Part shown: piece after piece, positions 1 to 7,504 of the stretch
Numbering within the stretch: position 1 is the stretch's first letter
How the letters are laid out: each line of letters begins with the position of its first letter
Origin: Deltaproteobacteria bacterium
GTDB taxonomy: Bacteria; Bacillota; Syntrophomonadia; Syntrophomonadales; Syntrophomonadaceae
DNA length: 32,000 nucleotides
NCBI GenBank assembly: GCA_050258735.1
Contig: JBLMZJ010000057.1
Coordinates: 1-32,000, forward strand
Reading direction: 5' to 3'
Notes under the pieces: generated by a model
What the model was told of the DNA's origin: nothing
Seen by the model: only the letters and a program-made list of their open reading frames with translations
Databases searched by the model: none
Translations under genes and position numbers: made by a program

Positions 1-3
1 ACT

Positions 4-12
4 CATATAGTA
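4..12 (+). promoter_or_regulatory. sigmaK/sigmaE-type -10-like element (CATATAGTA) upstream of sigK
   Basis: CATATAGTA fits the mother-cell sigma -10 pattern CATA-N3-TA. It lies about 20 nt before the GGAGGTG ribosome-binding site of sigK. The -35 region is outside the window. Confidence 0.25.
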
Positions 13-29
13 TAAAGCGCTCAATTTTT

Positions 30-746
30 ATGGAGGTGGGTATCTTGACCATCTTGGGCTGGTTACTGGCAGTTTCGGCACTTATCAAGGGAACTCTTTG
101 TCTGTTTGCCTATATTCATAACCAGGTGTTTCCCCATCCGCTGGAAGAGGCAGAAGAGGCTCAATGTTTACGCGAACTAAAAGCGGGCAGCGAAGAAGCC
201 CGCAATAGACTGGTGGAACATAATCTCCGTCTGGTAGCTCATGTAGTACGCAAGTATGAGAGCAGCGGGGAAGACATGGAAGATTTGATATCTATCGGTA
301 CTATCGGCTTGATCAAGGCTATCAAAACTTATAATGAAGAACGGGGAGTCAAACTCGCTACCTATTCTGCACGCTGCATAGAAAACGAGGTGCTGATGTA
401 TCTCCGCAACACCAGAAAACTCAAACAGGAGGTATCCATCTACGAACCGATCGGATATGACAAGGAAGGCAACGAGATATCGTTGCTGGACGTGCTCACC
501 ACTGACAACGAGATCATTGATCTGGTTGAAATGAAGATGCAAGAAGAGAAGGTCCGGGACAAGATCGATATACTGACCCGCCGTGAGCGCCAGGTCATCG
601 AAATGCGTTACGGTCTATTCAACGGTCTCAAGGAGACTCAAAGGGATATTGCCAAAAAGATGGGTATCTCCCGTTCCTATGTATCGAGGATCGAGAAACG
701 CGCACTGAAAAAACTGATCCGGGAGATCAGCCTGGAGACCCAGTAA
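30..746 (+). CDS. sigK: Sporulation sigma factor SigK (pro-sigma-K), uninterrupted
   Basis: Hydrophobic N-terminal pro-sequence, then FPHPL...ARNRLVEHNLRLVAHVVRKY...EDLISIGTIGLIKAIKTY...KLATYSARCIENEVLMYL and C-terminal ISRSYVSRIEKRALKKL. This closely parallels Bacillus subtilis SigK regions 2-4. An alternative TTG start at 45 sits 6 nt after GGAGGTG (32-38). Confidence 0.9.
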   Translation: MEVGILTILGWLLAVSALIKGTLCLFAYIHNQVFPHPLEEAEEAQCLRELKAGSEEARNRLVEHNLRLVAHVVRKYESSGEDMEDLISIGTIGLIKAIKTYNEERGVKLATYSARCIENEVLMYLRNTRKLKQEVSIYEPIGYDKEGNEISLLDVLTTDNEIIDLVEMKMQEEKVRDKIDILTRRERQVIEMRYGLFNGLKETQRDIAKKMGISRSYVSRIEKRALKKLIREISLETQ

Positions 747-764
747 ACTTCTGGAGATTACCAG

Positions 765-788
765 CCCGGACTAAAATCGGGGTTTTAA
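765..788 (+). terminator. Short hairpin plus U-run after sigK
   Basis: CCCGG(765-769)/TCGGG(777-781) stem followed by GTTTTAAT. It overlaps the stop of the convergent minus-strand gene. Confidence 0.4.
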
Positions 789-1090
789 TGCTTGCAGTCT
801 GGACCATGATGACTGTGGCCGTCTTTATGACCGTGCTCATGCTTTTGGTCGTGGCCATGATTATGGTGGTCATGGTCATGATGATGTTCACAGCAGCCAT
901 CGTGACATTGGTGATGGCCTTTCGGCTTATAACCTGCCGTATCCAGCTGGCTGGTTACCTGATTGCGGATAAATTCTAGGTATACCTTGTATAGTTCTTT
1001 TTGTTCCGCTGTCTCTTCAGGGGACAAGCCATGGGTCTTCTTTTTTCGGGACAGATGATTTATCCTTTGAAGCATTTCGTCGCTTACCAT
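785..1090 (-). CDS. DUF896/UPF0291 (YnzC-like) protein with His/Cys-rich C-terminal tail
   Basis: The N-terminal 55 aa (LQRINHLSRKKKTHGLSPEETAEQKELYKVYLEFIRNQV) follow the YnzC/UPF0291 pattern. The last 45 aa contain 18 His and 4 Cys. ATG at 1090 is preceded by GAGGT. Confidence 0.7.
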   Translation of the reverse strand: MVSDEMLQRINHLSRKKKTHGLSPEETAEQKELYKVYLEFIRNQVTSQLDTAGYKPKGHHQCHDGCCEHHHDHDHHNHGHDQKHEHGHKDGHSHHGPDCKH

Positions 1091-1212
1091 TTTTCTACCT
1101 CATATATTTGCCTTTTCGGCATCTTGCAGGTACTCTTGACTTGTATGACGTTATTATACAACGTAAAATCTAATTATAATACGGAAAACTAGAGATGCAA
1201 AGGAGATAATCA

Positions 1213-2295
1213 ATGCCTTCCAGGGTTTTTGTGGCCATGAGCGGCGGAGTTGACAGCTCGGTAGCGGCCTATATATTGAAGGAGCAAGGTTACGAGGTGA
1301 CCGGGATCACCATGCAGATTTGGCCCCAGGCCCAGGGTAGTCAAGGAGCCTGCTGCGATCTGGACGCAGTAAATGATGCCCGGCGGGTGGCCGGCCAGTT
1401 GGATATCCCCCATTACGTATTGAATTTCCGGGAAGAATTCGCCAGTTCCGTGATTGATTACTTCTGCCGGGATTACCTGCAGGGCCGTACGCCTAATCCC
1501 TGTATCGCCTGTAATCGTTACATAAAATTCGGATCTCTTTTGAACAAGGCTCTGGCCATGGGAGCTGATTATTTGGCCACCGGTCATTACGCCCGGATAA
1601 TCTATGATAATAATGGTGGATATCACCAATTGCTCACCGCAAGGGACATGGGCAAGGATCAGAGTTATGTTTTGTATAATCTGACCCAGGAACAGCTGTC
1701 CCAAACCCTTTTGCCTTTGGGGGATATGGAAAAGTCCCAAGTAAGAGAACTGGCGAAAGAAAAGGGTCTATTGACCGCCGAGAAGGCCGAGAGTCAGGAA
1801 ATATGCTTTGTTACTGATGGCCATTACGGAGATTTCGTAGAGCAATATATGCACATCACTCCACAGGCAGGAGATGTACGAGGCCAGAACGGTGAATGTC
1901 TGGGCCGTCACCGGGGTATTCATCACTATACCATAGGTCAGCGCAAGGGATTGGGACTAGCCCTGGGTTACCCGGCTTATATAACGGAATTGGATGCTTC
2001 CACCAATATTATTTGGGTTGGGTCCAACCAAGACCTGTTTCACCTGACCCTGGAAGCGGATAGCGTAAACTATATATCAGGCAGAATCCCGGACGGTCCG
2101 ATAGAAGCAAGTGCGAAGATCAGGTATTCCTCCCCGCGGGTGCCGGCGCAGATCATACCCCTGGACGGTGACCGGGTGCGGGTCAGCTTCGAACAGAAAC
2201 AAAGAGCTATCACTCCCGGTCAGGCAGTAGTCTTCTATCAGGGAGACGCAGTGATCGGTGGTGGAACCATAAGCCGGGTCGCTGAATTTGAATAA
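1213..2295 (+). CDS. mnmA: tRNA 2-thiouridine(34) synthase MnmA
   Basis: PP-loop VAMSGGVDSSVAAY. Conserved NPCIACNRYIKF and GKDQSYVLY motifs. Length 360 aa. Ribosome-binding site AAAGGAG. Confidence 0.93.
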   Translation: MPSRVFVAMSGGVDSSVAAYILKEQGYEVTGITMQIWPQAQGSQGACCDLDAVNDARRVAGQLDIPHYVLNFREEFASSVIDYFCRDYLQGRTPNPCIACNRYIKFGSLLNKALAMGADYLATGHYARIIYDNNGGYHQLLTARDMGKDQSYVLYNLTQEQLSQTLLPLGDMEKSQVRELAKEKGLLTAEKAESQEICFVTDGHYGDFVEQYMHITPQAGDVRGQNGECLGRHRGIHHYTIGQRKGLGLALGYPAYITELDASTNIIWVGSNQDLFHLTLEADSVNYISGRIPDGPIEASAKIRYSSPRVPAQIIPLDGDRVRVSFEQKQRAITPGQAVVFYQGDAVIGGGTISRVAEFE

Positions 2296-2332
2296 AGTAT
2301 AGTTGTATTTACCGGTAAAGGATGATATCTGA

Positions 2333-3133
2333 ATGCAGGCAAATGAAAAACTGGCGGTTTTAAAGAACAACCTGGCCTCCATGCGTAGTCTGGTTTTGGG
2401 TTATTCAGGAGGAGTGGACAGTACCTTTTTAATGGTGATCGCCCGGCAGGTTTTGGGTGATAATTTACTGGCCGTTACTGCGATCTCGCCCACCCTCTCT
2501 CAGCGGGAGCAAACAGAAGCAATAGAGACAGCAAAAAAGATCGGGGTCAAGCATTTATTGATCGATGTAGAGCCATTTGACATACCCGGATATGGAGAAA
2601 ACCCCCCAGACCGCTGCTATTTGTGTAAAAGTCAGCTGTTTACCCGCTTGTGGGAAATCGCCCATGATCGGGGGATCGAGCATCTGGTCGATGGTTCCAA
2701 CGTAGATGATTTAGGAGATTACCGACCCGGGTTGATTGCTTTGCAAGAATTAAAAGTCAGCAGCCCTTTGCTGGAAGCCGGTATGAATAAGGCGGATATT
2801 CGTGAATTATCACGGGTAATGGGGTTGGCTACCTGGGATAAACCAGCTGCTGCCTGTTTGGCTTCGAGGTTTCCCTATGGTCAAAGAATTGATCGGGAAC
2901 AGTTGAGCCGGGTGGAAAAAGCGGAAGACTACTTATGTGAACTGGGATTTAAGCAGGTGAGGGTACGCGTGCATAATGATCTGGCCCGCATTGAAGTTTC
3001 GCGTGAAGAAAGATCGAGATTCTTTGACGAAGCCTTGATGGACCATGTAAGTGAACAGTTTAGAGTGTTTGGCTTTAAATATATCAGCCTGGATCTGCAA
3101 GGCTATCGTTCCGGCAGCCTTAATCCCATATGA
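2333..3133 (+). CDS. larE: LarE-like PP-loop ATP pyrophosphatase (TIGR00268-type sulfur transferase), three-Cys variant
   Basis: PP-loop YSGGVDSTFL, CxxC (DRCYLCKSQ), AACLASRFPYG cysteine, and the C-terminal VRVRVHNDLARIEV motif typical of this family. Confidence 0.75.
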   Translation: MQANEKLAVLKNNLASMRSLVLGYSGGVDSTFLMVIARQVLGDNLLAVTAISPTLSQREQTEAIETAKKIGVKHLLIDVEPFDIPGYGENPPDRCYLCKSQLFTRLWEIAHDRGIEHLVDGSNVDDLGDYRPGLIALQELKVSSPLLEAGMNKADIRELSRVMGLATWDKPAAACLASRFPYGQRIDREQLSRVEKAEDYLCELGFKQVRVRVHNDLARIEVSREERSRFFDEALMDHVSEQFRVFGFKYISLDLQGYRSGSLNPI

Positions 3134-3180
3134 GATCAAGAACATGATATTATTGGTATTCTGGCAATGGAGGGATTGAT

Positions 3181-3813
3181 ATGTCAGACCCGGTGACAGA
3201 GTTTTATAATGTATTTGCCGGTGAATACGCTGCTACTTTTTTTAATGAGCTGGACTACAAAGCCTTCGACCGAGATATCCTGGCACGTTTTGCCAGGCTT
3301 ACCGGGGGTAAAGGGATAGTATGCGATGTTGGCTGTGGTCCCGGCCACATTGGTCTGTTTCTCAGCAGGCAGGGGGCCAGAGTCATAGGGATTGATATGT
3401 CTGCCGAGATGCTGGAACAAGCCAAAATCCATTGCCCGGGCATAGAATTCCAGCATGGCGATATGTTAAACTTGTCCTTCCCGGACAACTTTATGGGTGG
3501 TATTGTGGCTTTTTACGCCATTGTTCATTTGTTGCCGGCCAAGGTTAGCGATGCTTTACGGGAGTTCTACCGGGTTCTTGCCTCGGGGGGATACCTGCTG
3601 TTTTCCTGTCATCTGGGCGAAGAGGTGATCAGGGTAGATAAAGCAGGTGAGGAGCGAGTGGTGTCGGTGGATTATATATTTCATGACCCGGATGATCTAA
3701 TCGCTAGAACCCAGCAGGTCGGTTTTATAATAGAGGAAGCTGTAATCAGATATCCATACAAGGATGTCGAATATCCAAGCAAAAGAGCCTACATCCTGGC
3801 CCGGAAGGATTAA
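3181..3813 (+). CDS. Class I SAM-dependent methyltransferase
   Basis: Motif I VCDVGCGPGHIG, acidic loop GIDMS, motif II/III region. Ribosome-binding site GGAGGG. Substrate not inferable. Confidence 0.75.
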   Translation: MSDPVTEFYNVFAGEYAATFFNELDYKAFDRDILARFARLTGGKGIVCDVGCGPGHIGLFLSRQGARVIGIDMSAEMLEQAKIHCPGIEFQHGDMLNLSFPDNFMGGIVAFYAIVHLLPAKVSDALREFYRVLASGGYLLFSCHLGEEVIRVDKAGEERVVSVDYIFHDPDDLIARTQQVGFIIEEAVIRYPYKDVEYPSKRAYILARKD

Positions 3814-3847
3814 ATACGGCAAACCAATATAATAGGGGGGCAATTGA

Positions 3848-4351
3848 ATGGAATTTTTGGAAACAGTAAAAAGCAGGTATAGTGTGCGTGGCTATGAAAC
3901 CCGGCCGGTGGAACCGGAAAAGCTGCAGGCCATACTGGAAGCGGCGCGGATCGCTCCTACAGCTTCCAATCGACAGGCTTTCAAGATAATCGTTATTGAT
4001 ACAACGGCTAACCGTGATAAGTTGAAGGTGATCTACGGTCGCGAATGGTTTACTGAAGCTCCCCTGGTAATCGGTGTATGTTCGCTTCCCCAAGAAACCT
4101 GGGTACGAGGTGACGGGAAGAATTACAGTGATGTTGATGCTGCTATTATAATGGATCACATCGTTCTGGCGGCAACTGCACTGGGTTTGGGCACCTGCTG
4201 GGTAGCGGCCTTTGATGCCAGGGCCGCCAGGGAATTCCTTGAGTTAGATGATTCCTGGGAGCCGGTGGTCTTCACTCCCCTCGGCTACCGCCGCGCCGGC
4301 AACCCCAACCGACTCAAGAAACCCCTTGAGGATCTCGTCATTTACCGATAG
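3848..4351 (+). CDS. Nitroreductase-family FMN oxidoreductase
   Basis: N-terminal RYSVRGY, APTASNRQ, and C-terminal GLGTCWV motifs typical of the nitroreductase fold. 167 aa. Confidence 0.8.
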   Translation: MEFLETVKSRYSVRGYETRPVEPEKLQAILEAARIAPTASNRQAFKIIVIDTTANRDKLKVIYGREWFTEAPLVIGVCSLPQETWVRGDGKNYSDVDAAIIMDHIVLAATALGLGTCWVAAFDARAAREFLELDDSWEPVVFTPLGYRRAGNPNRLKKPLEDLVIYR

Positions 4352-4399
4352 CTCTTTCAGGCATATTACGTTTTGATCGCTTAAAGACGCGGGGAAGCC

Positions 4400-4576
4400 C
4401 TATTGGTCCCTGCCCTTTTTAGAGATCTCGTCTAGTTTGTCATAGATATTTGACAGCATGATCATCACGAATCCTAACATGACAAAAGTGACGATCTCTT
4501 TGGTAAATAGGGCGGCCACTCCCAGAGCAACCAGTATCACCGTGTTCCACAGGGCGCCGTTAAAAAAGTCCTTCAT
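4400..4576 (-). CDS. Small two-helix membrane protein (hypothetical)
   Basis: Two hydrophobic segments (WNTVILVALGVAALF, VTFVMLGFVMIML). The internal ATG at 4576 is preceded by GGAGTGG. No recognisable family. Confidence 0.4.
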   Translation of the reverse strand: MKDFFNGALWNTVILVALGVAALFTKEIVTFVMLGFVMIMLSNIYDKLDEISKKGRDQ

Positions 4577-4628
4577 GCTACCACTCCATTTCAACCATGA
4601 TTTTCAGCTCAGTACCGGATGTACTATA

Positions 4629-5372
4629 CTATGTTTCCCGTCTGACCAGGTATCTGATCACGACTCCTGCCATGAGCATACCTGCGACCGGGGGGACAAA
4701 GGAAATGCTGCCGGGTATATGCCGGCTGTTGACGCTGGGGAGAGGGTTTTCTAAGCATTCGTCTTCATCAGATCCAGCTCGTGGCACCAGGGGCTCTTCC
4801 TGCGAATAAACCACCTGCAGGGCATCCACTCCGCGTTTTCTGAGTTCACGGCGCATGACCTTGGCCAGCGGACAGACTGAGGTCGAATATATGTCGGCGA
4901 TCTCCAGGCGTGATGGGTCCAGCTTGTTGCCGGTACCCATACAGCTTATGATGGGGATAGCAAGAGATCGTGCCTGAACAATCAACTCCAGTTTAGAGGT
5001 GACTGTATCTATTGCGTCAACTATGTAATCATAATCAGAACGTACCAGTAATTCAGGATTTTCCCCCGGATAAAAAGATTTATAGGCTTCCACTTCAGCC
5101 GACGGATTGATATCCATGATCCGCTGGTGTATGACATCTGCCTTGGCCTGCCCAATAGTCCGGTGGGTAGCGTGCAGCTGCCGGTTTATGTTGGTGATGC
5201 AGATATCGTCGTGATCCACCAGTACCAGATGACCGATGCCGGACCTGGCCAGGGCTTCCGCGGCAAAACTTCCTACTCCGCCCAGACCGAAGACAGCTAC
5301 ACGACTATCGGCAAGTACTCGCATGGCATCGCTTCCCAGGAGCATTTCAGTACGTGAAAATTCGTTTAACAT
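4629..5372 (-). CDS. tcdA: tRNA threonylcarbamoyladenosine dehydratase TcdA (ThiF/E1-like)
   Basis: MLNEFSRTEMLLG...VAVFGLGGVGSFAAEALARSGIGHLVLVDHDDICITNINRQ matches the TcdA/CsdL family. Start placed at the ATG at 5372, after TGAGGT. Confidence 0.88.
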   Translation of the reverse strand: MLNEFSRTEMLLGSDAMRVLADSRVAVFGLGGVGSFAAEALARSGIGHLVLVDHDDICITNINRQLHATHRTIGQAKADVIHQRIMDINPSAEVEAYKSFYPGENPELLVRSDYDYIVDAIDTVTSKLELIVQARSLAIPIISCMGTGNKLDPSRLEIADIYSTSVCPLAKVMRRELRKRGVDALQVVYSQEEPLVPRAGSDEDECLENPLPSVNSRHIPGSISFVPPVAGMLMAGVVIRYLVRRET

Positions 5373-5604
5373 CTCATACCTCATTTATAGTGGATAACTG
5401 GACCTTCAGTTTATAAGAAAATAGCAAAGGATTCAAGTTACACTGATGGTGGTTGCATAGTTTTATTATAACAAAGTAACTATATCTAATGCCCAAACGA
5501 CTGGAAAGGACAGGCGTTTGTTGCGACATCCTGACAAGTAAGGGATAAAAATCTATGATAAGGCAAAAATATAATTAATAATCAAGGGACAGGAGGCTGG
5601 ATAA

Positions 5605-6003
5605 ATGAACAATAAACGTACCATAGGATGCATGATATTTTTGTTGTTGGTAGCCCTAACTTTCAATCTTGCAGGATGCAGCAAGGCTTCGAACAAGGCT
5701 TTACAAAAACCCGGTCAGACCCAGAGTACCGCCCCTAATATAAAATCAACACCGGGAACGCAGAATACGGCAGTCAAAACCTTTACCAGGGCCGAGTTGA
5801 GCCAATATAACGGTCAGAATGGAAAACCGGCATATGTAGCCGTAAATGGAAAGGTCTATAATGTTACCGGCAGCAAAGCCTGGAGAAATGGTCAGCACAG
5901 ATCCTATAAAGCTGGCAGGGATCTGACCGCAGATATGAAGAATGCGCCGCATGGTATGTCTGTACTGCGGGGATTGCCGGTCGTGGGTGGTTTGGTCTAC
6001 TAG
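5605..6003 (+). CDS. Lipoprotein with cytochrome b5-like/MAPR-type heme/steroid-binding domain
   Basis: Signal peptide with lipobox LAGC. Domain FTRAELSQYNGQNGKPAYVAVNGKVYNVTGSKAW resembles the MAPR (PGRMC-like) branch of the cytochrome b5 fold. Confidence 0.65.
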   Translation: MNNKRTIGCMIFLLLVALTFNLAGCSKASNKALQKPGQTQSTAPNIKSTPGTQNTAVKTFTRAELSQYNGQNGKPAYVAVNGKVYNVTGSKAWRNGQHRSYKAGRDLTADMKNAPHGMSVLRGLPVVGGLVY

Positions 6004-6029
6004 CTGCTGCATTATTATCTGCAACATAA

Positions 6030-6075
6030 ACAGCCCGATGCCATTATTATAAATGGCGATCGGGCTGTTTTATGA
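6030..6075. terminator. Bidirectional rho-independent terminator between convergent genes
   Basis: ACAGCCCGAT-GCCATT...AATGGC-GATCGGGCTGT forms a long stem with one bulge. It is followed by TTTTAT on the plus strand and TTTAT on the minus strand. Confidence 0.75.
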
Positions 6076-6093
6076 TTTCATGATTATAACAGA

Positions 6094-6708
6094 TTAAAGG
6101 ATAGTCACCTTGACACTCTTCATTCCCCAATTCAATGCTTCCCAACGGCTGTCAAAATACAGGTCGATGCGGTTGCCTTTGATGGCATTCCCCTGATCGG
6201 CGGCAATGGCTTCCCCATAACCCTCAACATAAAGTCTGGTTCCCATGGGTATGACATTGGGATCGGTGGCGACGATGCCCCGTGCCAATGGCTGCCCGGT
6301 ATAGGACAGTCCCCCGTAATAAGGATAGTTGCACTCATAACTGTTATCATAGCCGGTGGCTACCATGTCCAGGGTCCTGCCGCGCTCACCGCTGGCTCCC
6401 CGCGATACTTCAGCTGAAGATATATTAAGTGCCCTGCGGGTTGCTGTACCGACTATGCCGGTTGCCGGCAGGCCATTATCTCTTTGGAACCTGACCACTG
6501 CATCATAGGTCTTCGGACCGAATACCCCATTAGGAGTAGCGCTTAGATAACCACGACTGGACAATGTATTCTGCACCTGGGTCACCTGGGCACCGGTGGA
6601 CCCCCAGTACAGGTTAGCCTCAGCTGCCAGCAATGATTTTGCTGGGATCATAGTATACAGGATGAATGACAATATCAGTATCAATAATGGTTTTTTGCTT
6701 TGTAACAT
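6094..6708 (-). CDS. Secreted cell-wall protein: peptidoglycan-binding domain plus 3D domain
   Basis: Signal peptide MLQSKKPLLILILSF...AAEA. PG_binding_1-like TQVQNTLSSRGY...VVRFQRDNGLPATG. C-terminal 3D domain (IVATDPNVIPMGTRLYVEGYG...IDLYFDS). Start set at the ATG at 6708 after AAGGAGGTAA. The ORF-track extension to 6897 is non-coding leader. Confidence 0.85.
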   Translation of the reverse strand: MLQSKKPLLILILSFILYTMIPAKSLLAAEANLYWGSTGAQVTQVQNTLSSRGYLSATPNGVFGPKTYDAVVRFQRDNGLPATGIVGTATRRALNISSAEVSRGASGERGRTLDMVATGYDNSYECNYPYYGGLSYTGQPLARGIVATDPNVIPMGTRLYVEGYGEAIAADQGNAIKGNRIDLYFDSRWEALNWGMKSVKVTIL

Positions 6709-6853
6709 AATTACCTCCTTGAGCCTTTTGCTAAAAGCAACGCCATAGCATCGGGTTGTTTTCAGTTTATCCAGAGAGGGTGCCCGGGTCAAACAGGCTG
6801 AAAAGCCCGTGAAAATGGACAGGCCGGCAACATTCACGGTAGAATTGCCTATT

Positions 6854-6913
6854 GTGCCAAATACTAAAGTACAGGCCGGAATCTTGGCACTTAACATTTA
6901 GTGCCAAATAGTA
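6854..6913 (-). repeat. Repeated GTGCCAAATA(C/G)TA motif plus 8-bp-stem hairpin in the leader of the 3D-domain gene
   Basis: Direct copies at 6854-6866 and 6901-6913. The inverted copy TTGGCACT (6884-6891) pairs with AGTGCCAA (6900-6907). Confidence 0.5.
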
Positions 6914-7248
6914 TTGCTGGCCCGGGTGGGTTGACCCTGGTCTTTGACCTGCAGATATTATTGGAGGCAATAAATTAACAAACGATGATTGATCCCTGAA
7001 TAGTGGGCATTGCGGAGGAATAGTCTTTGGGGGCGGTGACCCGGTTATAAAACCGTGGTGAATCGAGATGAAAAACCAACCAAATGGCGGGATTTGACAA
7101 GGAAGCAGGCTGTTTTACCATAAGGTGGCGATATTATTGGGCATAAATGGACTCTTTCCTGTCGATCTTTACCGGAAGGCCCACAAAATGTTGCCTAGAC
7201 TTGAACAGGGCGAAGCCATCCGGTTCGCCCTTGCTCAACTTTCGATAA

Positions 7249-7458
7249 CTATTTTATTTCGTAACCGGCTTCTTCAATGGCATCCTTGATGCTCTCCAGT
7301 TTCACTTGATTTCCGTCGTAGGTAACGGTTACTTTTCCCCCCGGCAGGTCGACATCCACCTTGTTAATTCCGGGCAGGGCGCCTACTGAAGACTTGACGG
7401 CATTGACACAGTGCATACAGGACATGCCCTCTACATTCAAAACCTCGGTATTAGTCAT
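7249..7458 (-). CDS. copZ: Copper chaperone CopZ (HMA domain)
   Basis: GMSCMHC metal-binding motif and ferredoxin-like HMA fold length. The ATG at 7458 is preceded by GGAAGGTG. Confidence 0.88.
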   Translation of the reverse strand: MTNTEVLNVEGMSCMHCVNAVKSSVGALPGINKVDVDLPGGKVTVTYDGNQVKLESIKDAIEEAGYEIK

Positions 7459-7504
7459 AAAAAGCACCTTCCTTTCTTTACTCCATTATAATATCTTACA
7501 GAGT

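Noticed and set aside
177-542. Antisense ORFs opposite well-supported genes, for example 177-542(-), 1210-1740(-), 7671-9658(+) inside copA, 10761-11581(+) inside cysK, 22481-24156(+) inside the MCP gene, and 24523-26873(+/-) inside hppA
   Set aside because: They lie entirely within and opposite genes with strong family motifs. They have low-complexity or compositionally odd translations, no ribosome-binding sites and no recognisable domains. They are shadow ORFs.
30-746. Possibility that sigK is split by a skin-like prophage element, as in B. subtilis and some clostridia
   Set aside because: Regions 1.2 through 4.2 are contiguous in a single 238-aa frame. There is no interruption.
788-979. 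Plus-strand ORF rich in Met, Val and Leu (MMTVAVFMTVLMLLVVAMIMVVMVMMMF) that could be mistaken for a membrane peptide
   Set aside because: It is the reverse-complement reading of the His-codon tract (CAT/CAC gives ATG/GTG) of the minus-strand DUF896 gene. That gene has a proper start, a ribosome-binding site and a recognisable N-terminal domain.
6854-6913. Possible sigma-54 promoters, because TGGCAC occurs twice on the minus strand
   Set aside because: The -12 element is wrong. In TGGCACAATAGGCAA the GC sits 10 nt from the GG rather than 12 nt, and TGGCACTAAATGTTAA has no GC at all. Sigma-54 spacing is strict.
6709-6970. N-terminal extension of the 3D-domain ORF (to 6897) and overlapping ORF 6767-6970(-)
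   Set aside because: An internal ATG at 6708 with a perfect AAGGAGGTAA ribosome-binding site is followed immediately by a signal peptide. The upstream translation has no signal or domain character and spans the repeat and hairpin region.
6900-7100. c-di-AMP (ydaO) riboswitch upstream of the cell-wall gene
   Set aside because: Only scattered partial matches are present (GGGAUCAAUC, ACCCGGGCCAGCAA). The hallmark ACAGCUAACC and GGGGUGAAUC segments and the pseudo-two-fold architecture could not be assembled. It is kept only as something to test with cmsearch.
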